From: the human T2T-CHM13v2.0 reference genome, Homo sapiens
Direction: 5' to 3' (one strand)
Length of the DNA stretch: 64,000 bases
Assembly: GCF_009914755.1 (NCBI RefSeq)
Contig: NC_060925.1
Shown here: positions 57,726 to 64,000 of the stretch, piece by piece
How positions within the stretch are numbered: the stretch's first letter is position 1
Layout of the letters: each line of letters opens with the position of its first letter
Notes under the pieces: generated by a model
The model's database searches: none
What the model was told of the DNA's origin: nothing
What the model saw: the letters and a program-made list of their open reading frames with translations, nothing else
Made by a program: the position numbers and the translations under genes

Positions 57726-58769
57726 ACCACTATACAGTTTTTGTATGTAATATGTTTCCAGAATGAACTTGCTACTTACGATATTTAACTACAATGAAAA
57801 AAGCTGTCTACTCATTGGGGGTCTCCCTAGAAGTCACTATGTTTTCCGTTAATTTGTCGGAGGGTTTTATGATGACACGGGTGAATGAGTTTACCAGGTG
57901 ACCAGGGGGCCTCGCCTGCAGGACAAAGAGGGATTTCAGCCTCAGCTGGAATGAACCGTGCTGCCCACCTGCACACACACCCATCCATTCACCTTCTCAC
58001 ACACCCATCCATCTGCTCCATAACCAGGGACTCAGCACCTCTGGTGAGCCAGGCAGCATGTGACTCCCCTGTGGTCTCTGCTCTGACCCCGAAAACACCC
58101 AATAGAAGGGAAAGAGCTTCCTTGACAAGTGTGGACATCACCTTGTTCTCAAACACCGAAGTATACGCTGAGGCTGCAGCACCCCTCGTGGAGCCGGGAG
58201 TGGCTTCCCAGGCAGCCTCTGGGCATCTGCAAGAACCAGGCACTGAGATGGCCAGAGGCAAGGCCTGCCCTGCTGGGAACGAGGGGTCCAGTGGGAGAAA
58301 CAGAAAAAGAAGGAGGAGGAGAAAAAGAAAGATGACGGCAGAGGGGGAGGAGGAGACCCTGCCATGGGCTGTGGCACTGGAAGGGGATCCAGCTAATCGA
58401 AACAGGAAAGTCGGGAAACTTCTCAGGAGAGGTGACACTCACAGGAGTCCTGAAGGACTGGGGCAAGTTGGCCAAGGGACATGAGTACAAGGAGGAGCTC
58501 TCCAAGATGAAGTGCTGGCCGACGCAGGGGCCTAAGGGTGAGTGAGGTGGACAGAGGACTTCGGGGACGAGCACACGAGGCAATGGCAGCGCTGAGGAAG
58601 GAGCGGGCGATGTAATGGTGAGTACCAAGGAGCACGCCCGGAGGAAAGAGGAGCCAGGCCCTGGAGAGCCTCTGGTGCTGTGCGGAGGATCTGCGTCCTA
58701 TCAGAGCAACAGGGAGCCCTTGTTGCATTTCAAGCCAGGGAGTGGCATCCCCACGGCGGAGGGCCCCCA

Positions 58770-58980
58770 TCACTGTAACTTACTGAAAGCTTATTCTGTG
58801 CCCAATGCTGCTTCCAGGGCAGGGCCTATGATGACTCAGCTAACAGAACCACCAAGAGGTGGAAACTATCATTAGCCCCATTTTATGGAAGCAGCAATTG
58901 AAGCACAGAGCAGTTAAGTAACTTGCCCGAGGACATGCAGCTGGAATTTCAGATGCAAAGCCAGGGTTTGAGCCCAAGCC
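58770..58980 (-). mobile_element. MIR
   Basis: cccattttatgg...attgaagcacagag...gttaagtaacttgccc MIR core. Confidence 0.75.
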
Positions 58981-60899
58981 ACCTGCCGGAACCTGTGGCT
59001 TAGCCATGCTGCTCTGCTGCCGGTGCGCCTGTGACTTTCGATCCTACAGCCCTTCAGAAGACGGTGACCATGGGAGGGGGCTGCAGAGAGTCTCAGAAGC
59101 TTGGACACCCGAGGTGCTGCTTCCTGGAGTGTTTCGGGAGCTCGCCTCTGACCTCATTGTCTGGACCCCACTCAACAGACACATTCATTCTCAGGAAAGC
59201 CCTTGTCTGGTTAATCACGCTGAGTGGAAATCAGAGGTTTTTTTTTTTTTTTTTTTTTCATCAAGAGTCTGAAAGCTCCATTTTCAAAGGATGCCTCTCG
59301 CTGAACAAATGAATAGCCATCTCCTTATAAAGCATTCTGCTTTGAAATTCTGGGATGAAAGGGCCAGAGCACAAATGATTGCAGTGCTGGTAATAATGGT
59401 AACAATAATCATGATGATCATACTGTACCGGGATTTTATTTTTGAAGTCAGGGGAGGGCTCATTCGTGCTCTCCGGCTTCAGGCTGAAAGCCTGAACCAG
59501 GCCCTTCTTAGAAGCCGGGATGCGATCAGGCTGAGAAAAGTTTCTCGTGCGGAAATAGGGCCTCGGGTAAAGCAGTGCTCTCATCTTGGGCTCTCCCCTC
59601 CCTTCCCGGGGCCTTCTGATAATCTGACAAAGGTGTTTTAGTCCCTGGCAGCAGCCGCTGGGACCACCAGGGACGAAAACGTGTTAAAATCCAGGACAAA
59701 CATTCTGCAGCATCTCGGGGCCGGGCCACGTGTCTGTCCCGCACTGCAGCCTTGCGGGGTGGGAACGTCTGTTCTGCCCCAAATACGGGGAATCCCTCAC
59801 CTTGGAGCAGGTCAGTGAGAACCTCAGACACTGGTGTGTGCGGAGACTCAGGAAGTGGCCCACACTGGCGTGGAGGAAAACGAGGGAAATGGATTTCTGT
59901 CCCCGCCCCAACAACCAGGCCAGTCCCCGCGCCATGTCCTTCTAATCCGCGCTGCGCTCCCTCCTCCGGCTGAAGGTCATCTTCCACTTCGTGCTGGGAG
60001 CACAGGAAGCTGCCAGGCAGGCTGCGCTGGGGGAGAAATCACAAGATGCTCACATCAGCGGACCGTCCTTGTTGAGCTGCAGAAAAATAAGAGTAATCGC
60101 GGGAGAAAGTAAAAGGAACAGAGCCTTTGGAGCTGGAATGTGCTCTCCAGCCAGGACACTTATTTTTGCACGCTCTCTGTGGGAAATGGCCTTGAAAAGA
60201 CGGCCGTACGGTGTTCCCTTTGTGCGTTTCAAGATTCAGTTCCCTGGGTGTTCTCCCTTCCCCTGTCCTGTGCAGGGTCGGGGTGGAGGCCCTCCTGCAG
60301 GCCCTACAGCAAGCGACTTGGGGTTTCCCAGGCTCTCATGCGTCAGAGGCAAATGAGGAGGAAGTGACAGGATTATTTAAGGAAGTTGGGCAACTTTTGT
60401 AACGTGGCACTGTCGGGGGCAAACGGGGTAAGGTGAGTTTTCTGACTCCTCCATCCCAGTGGGAGGAAACAGAGCCCACCTTGCCCTCTAAACACAAGGG
60501 AACCCTCGGCTGAGTGAAGAGACCAGAGGCTATGGGAGGGTTTGGCTTAGAGAATTTTCTGGTTAACAGAGGATGAGGCAATGATTCCATCTTGATTCCT
60601 GACCTCACAGGAAACCCTTAGAAATCACTTCACTTCCTGGTCTCCATTGGGAACCTCAGTGCAGGGAAGAGAAGGTGACCCTTACCTGCTGGCCGAGGCT
60701 TATGGGGTCAGCACTGTTGCTGCTCAGGACGCAGACTGAGTGCAGGGAAGGAAGGACAGAGAACCCCCGGGGTGTCTTGCTTTTTGAATTCTTGTTTGTT
60801 TCCCTTCGCAGACTTTAGGTGCACATAATTTGAGGAATGCCACGCCTGGGTTCATGACTCGCCAGCCATGCCTGGCCCTCTTTTGCTATTATTATTACT

Positions 60900-61043
60900 A
60901 TTTTTTTGAGACAGAGTCTAGCTCTGTTGCCCAGGCTGGAGTGCAGTAGCACTATCTTGGCTCACTGCAGCCTCTGCCTCCCAGGTTCAAGTGATTCTCA
61001 GCCTCCTAAGTAGCTGGGATTACAGGCGCATGCCACCATTCCT

Positions 61044-61078
<35 letters not shown>

Positions 61079-61493
61079 AGAGAGCGTTTCACCCAGGCTG
61101 GAGTGCAGTGGTGTGATCTCGGCTCGCTGCAACTTCTGCCTACCGGGGTTTAAGCAATTCTCCTCCCTCAGCCTCCCAAGTAGCTGGGATTACTGGCACC
61201 CGCCACCACGTCTGGCTAATTTTTTCTTTTTCTTTTTTTTTTAGTAGAGACAGGGTTTCGCCATGTTGGCCAGGCTGGCCTCGAACTCCTGACCTCAGGT
61301 GATCCACCCACCTCGCCTCCCAAAGTGCAGGGATTACAGGTGTGAGCCACCGCACCCGGCCTAATTTTGTATTTTTAGTAGAGGCGAGGTTTCGCCATGT
61401 TGGCCAGGCTGATCTTCAACTCCTGACCTCAAGTGATCTGCCTGCCTCGGCCTCCCAAAGTGCTGGGAATACAGGTGTAAACCACTGTGCCTA
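60900..61493 (-). mobile_element. Alu with a second Alu (61047-61361) inserted in its A-rich linker
   Basis: Outer right arm 60900-61046; inner full Alu with long poly(T); outer left arm resumes at 61362 (taattttgtattttt). Confidence 0.9.
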
Positions 61494-61529
61494 GTCTATT
61501 ATTATTATTATCATCATTGTTGTTATTTT

Positions 61530-61838
61530 TAGTTTCTTTATTTTATTTATTTATTTTTTTGAGACAGGGTCTCACTCTATCACCAAGACTGGAGTACAGT
61601 GGGGTGATCTCGGCTTATTGCAGCTTTGACCTCCTGGCCTCAAGTGTACCTCCCACCTCAGGCTGCCAAGTAGCTGGGACCACAGGTGTGCACCACCACA
61701 CCCAGCTAATTTTTGTATTTTTGTAGAGACGGGTTTCACCACGTTGTCCAGGCTGGTCTCAAACTTCTGGGCTCAAGCAATCCTCCTTCTCAGCCTCCCA
61801 AAATGTTGGGATTCAGGCATGAGCCACCAAACCAGGCC
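61530..61838 (-). mobile_element. Alu (AluJ-type)
   Basis: gagacagggtctcactct...gggctcaagcaatcctcc... Confidence 0.92.
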
Positions 61839-61859
61839 TAGTTTCTTTATTTTTAACAA

Positions 61860-62475
61860 CACAAGGCACTCCCATGAATCCACCATGCCACCCAGGAACT
61901 AGCAAACTAACTTGCATGTGCCTATAAACTTCTACAGAAGTTAGTGCTGATCATTCCTTCTCTGAAAATAGCTGTGTTATATCTACATGGATGCCTCAGA
62001 GCATATTATTTATCTTATCTGATTTTCTAGCCTTTATTTTGAGAAAGAATATCATGCTGCATGTAGTCTTCCGGTACTTGCTTTTTTTCACTTAACCTAA
62101 TTACTAATTAAGTTGGGTTTTTCTTCAAATGTTTATTGGCCAGCTATATTTTCTCTCTTGTGAAATGTCTGTTTCTATATTTTTGTTCACTTTCTGATTG
62201 GTGCATTTATCTTTGCATTAATGATGTCTGGTTTTAAATATGAAAATATACATACACACACACACATATATACACATTATATACGTACACATATATATAT
62301 AATTAATATTAATGTTTTTTCAATTACACATGTTGGAAATATCTTCTCCCAGTTTGTAGCTTGTCTTCATTTTCTTGAAGGAATTTTTGATAAACAGAAG
62401 TTCTTAATTTTAATGCAATCAGTGTATCGATCTTTTACGTAAGTGCTTTGTGTATTTTGTTTAAGAAATCCTGGG
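61860..62475 (-). mobile_element. Ancient L1M fragments
   Basis: gtttattggcca...tgtgaaatgtctgtt...aaatatcttctcccagtttgtagcttgtctt...aacagaagttcttaattttaatg. Confidence 0.65.
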
Positions 62476-63089
62476 ATCTCAGGAAAGCGTCTCACTCTGG
62501 CTCACGGTGGGCACTTCATATATCACTGAATGAAGGAATGAATGAATGAATGAAAGGGCAAACGAGTGACTGAGTGGCCAGCACTTCAGTCACACTAAAA
62601 ACATTAGGAACAGTAATTTATCCACCTCCCCAAGCCCCATGAGGAGAGCCTGTGTGTTAGCCGTAGCAGCAGACAGCTAACCTCCTGCCTCTTGTGCAGG
62701 TCACCCAGGGAGGAAAAAGCCAGCGCAGACCTCGGCCAGGGCTCCCGACTCTGGAACACGCACCGCAGACCTATCCCTGGGGCTGCCTCCTAGAGCTAGT
62801 AACGATTCTTACTTTCCAGGGCTGCTGTGGGGGTTAAATGGCTCAGATTGAGAAACCATTTGGCACATAGTAGCTAGTTTATTATATTAGCCAGTACTGA
62901 TACCATCATCATCGTCATCATCATCATCACCTCATCACAGAGCGGGTGTTCAAAGATTATTTTTGAATGAGTGAATGAGCAGCTATGTCGGCTCGGGATG
63001 AACAGTGCTTGTTTTACAACTGAGGCCGGTAGACACAGCCACTGAGTCTCCGTCTCAAGCCTCATTCTTTTTTAAAAAAAATTATTATT

Positions 63090-63470
63090 GCTAATGTAAA
63101 TAACATTTTGATTAAAAATACCATTTCCAAATTAAAAAGAAATTACATGAGGCAGCTGGATTCTTCTCTCTGTTTTTTTCATTCAATCTGTTGCAATACA
63201 TTGTTTTGGTTGAAGAATAGGAAAAGAACCTGGCCTCATACTTCCAAGTAGTTTGAAAAGAGATGAGTGTCTTACTAGCCTTCTCAGGTAACACTGGGTA
63301 TCTTGTTTGACATCACACTGAAATTTGACAAGTTGGGGTTTCTTTGATAAGTAGTGGTTGATTAATGATGGGTTGTAAGTGGAATTCCATACCCATGCAT
63401 TTTGTACTCTATTACATTACAATGCGCTGGTTTATCTTACTTTGAGTGGACATTTTACCCATGCATGATT
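63090..63470. mobile_element. hAT-Tip100 (Arthur1-like) fragment
   Basis: ttcaatctgttgcaata...ttgttttggttgaag...ttttacccatgcatgattt resembles the recalled Arthur1 consensus. Confidence 0.65.
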
Positions 63471-63479
63471 TATTTAAAA

Positions 63480-64000
63480 GGCTTTATTGAAATGTAATTC
63501 ATATGCTATACAATTCAGCCACTTAAAGTATATAATTCAATAGTGTAAAGTGTGCATTTCAATTTAACTTGGTGGATTTTGGTGTATCTGCAGTGTGTGC
63601 AACCATCACCAATGTCAATTTTGGAACATACCATCACCTCAAAAAGAAACTGTGCCCTTTAGCTATCACTCTTCTATCCTCCTTCCACCCCCCCACTTAA
63701 GCAGCCACTTATCCATTCTCAGTCTCTTTAGAACATCCTATTCTGGACATTTCCTATCAATGAACAACACGTGGCCTTTCCTGTTTGGTTCTTACACTCA
63801 GCACCATGTTTTCAAAGGTTGTCCGTACACTCAGTGCCATGTAAATAACATTTTGATTAAAAATAACATTTGCAAGTTAAAAAGAAATTATATGAGGCGG
63901 CTGGATTCTTCTCTCTGTTTTTTCATTCAATCTGCTGCAATATGTTTTCAAAGGTCTTCCGTGTTGTGCCAAGTGTCAGCGTTCCCCTCCTGTTTCCGGC
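63480..64000 (-). mobile_element. L1MB/MC-type 3' end fragment
   Basis: gctttattgaaatgtaattcata...gtgcaaccatcacc...catcacctcaaaaagaaac...cctattctggacatttc. Confidence 0.75.

Noticed and set aside
57885-58484. 199-aa ORF with an NLS-like RKRRRRRKRK run
   Set aside because: The basic run comes from purine-rich low-complexity DNA; no recognisable homology; ORFs of this length are common in GC-rich DNA.

Overview
This is primate (human-like) non-coding genomic DNA, GC-rich over much of its length, and I could not find a credible host protein-coding gene, tRNA or rRNA. The long ORFs in the track come from L1, Alu, ERV or VNTR sequence. Main contents: (1) a 5'-truncated L1 ORF2 at 1-2.5 kb. (2) A two-LTR, internally deleted class III (ERV-L/HERV-S-like) provirus at 9267-13614 on the minus strand, with a Ser-tRNA-like PBS and decayed gag, RT, RNase H, dUTPase and env. 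(3) A near full-length hAT (BLACKJACK-like) DNA transposon fossil at about 40.0-44.6 kb, carrying nested Alus, a MADE1 and an L1 stub. (4) Many Alu, MaLR/MLT, MIR and L2 fragments and several minisatellites, including a ~1 kb heptamer VNTR. (5) AT-rich islands resembling conserved enhancers, a triple NF-kB site cluster, and candidate non-coding exons. The least explained structure is a mosaic at about 14.3-20.8 kb of short (70-175 bp) local duplications, direct and inverted, some sharing exact breakpoints. Similar templated insertions recur elsewhere in the window. Repeat family names come from recalled consensus sequences and need RepeatMasker/Dfam confirmation. I cannot show a new biological system from the sequence alone.
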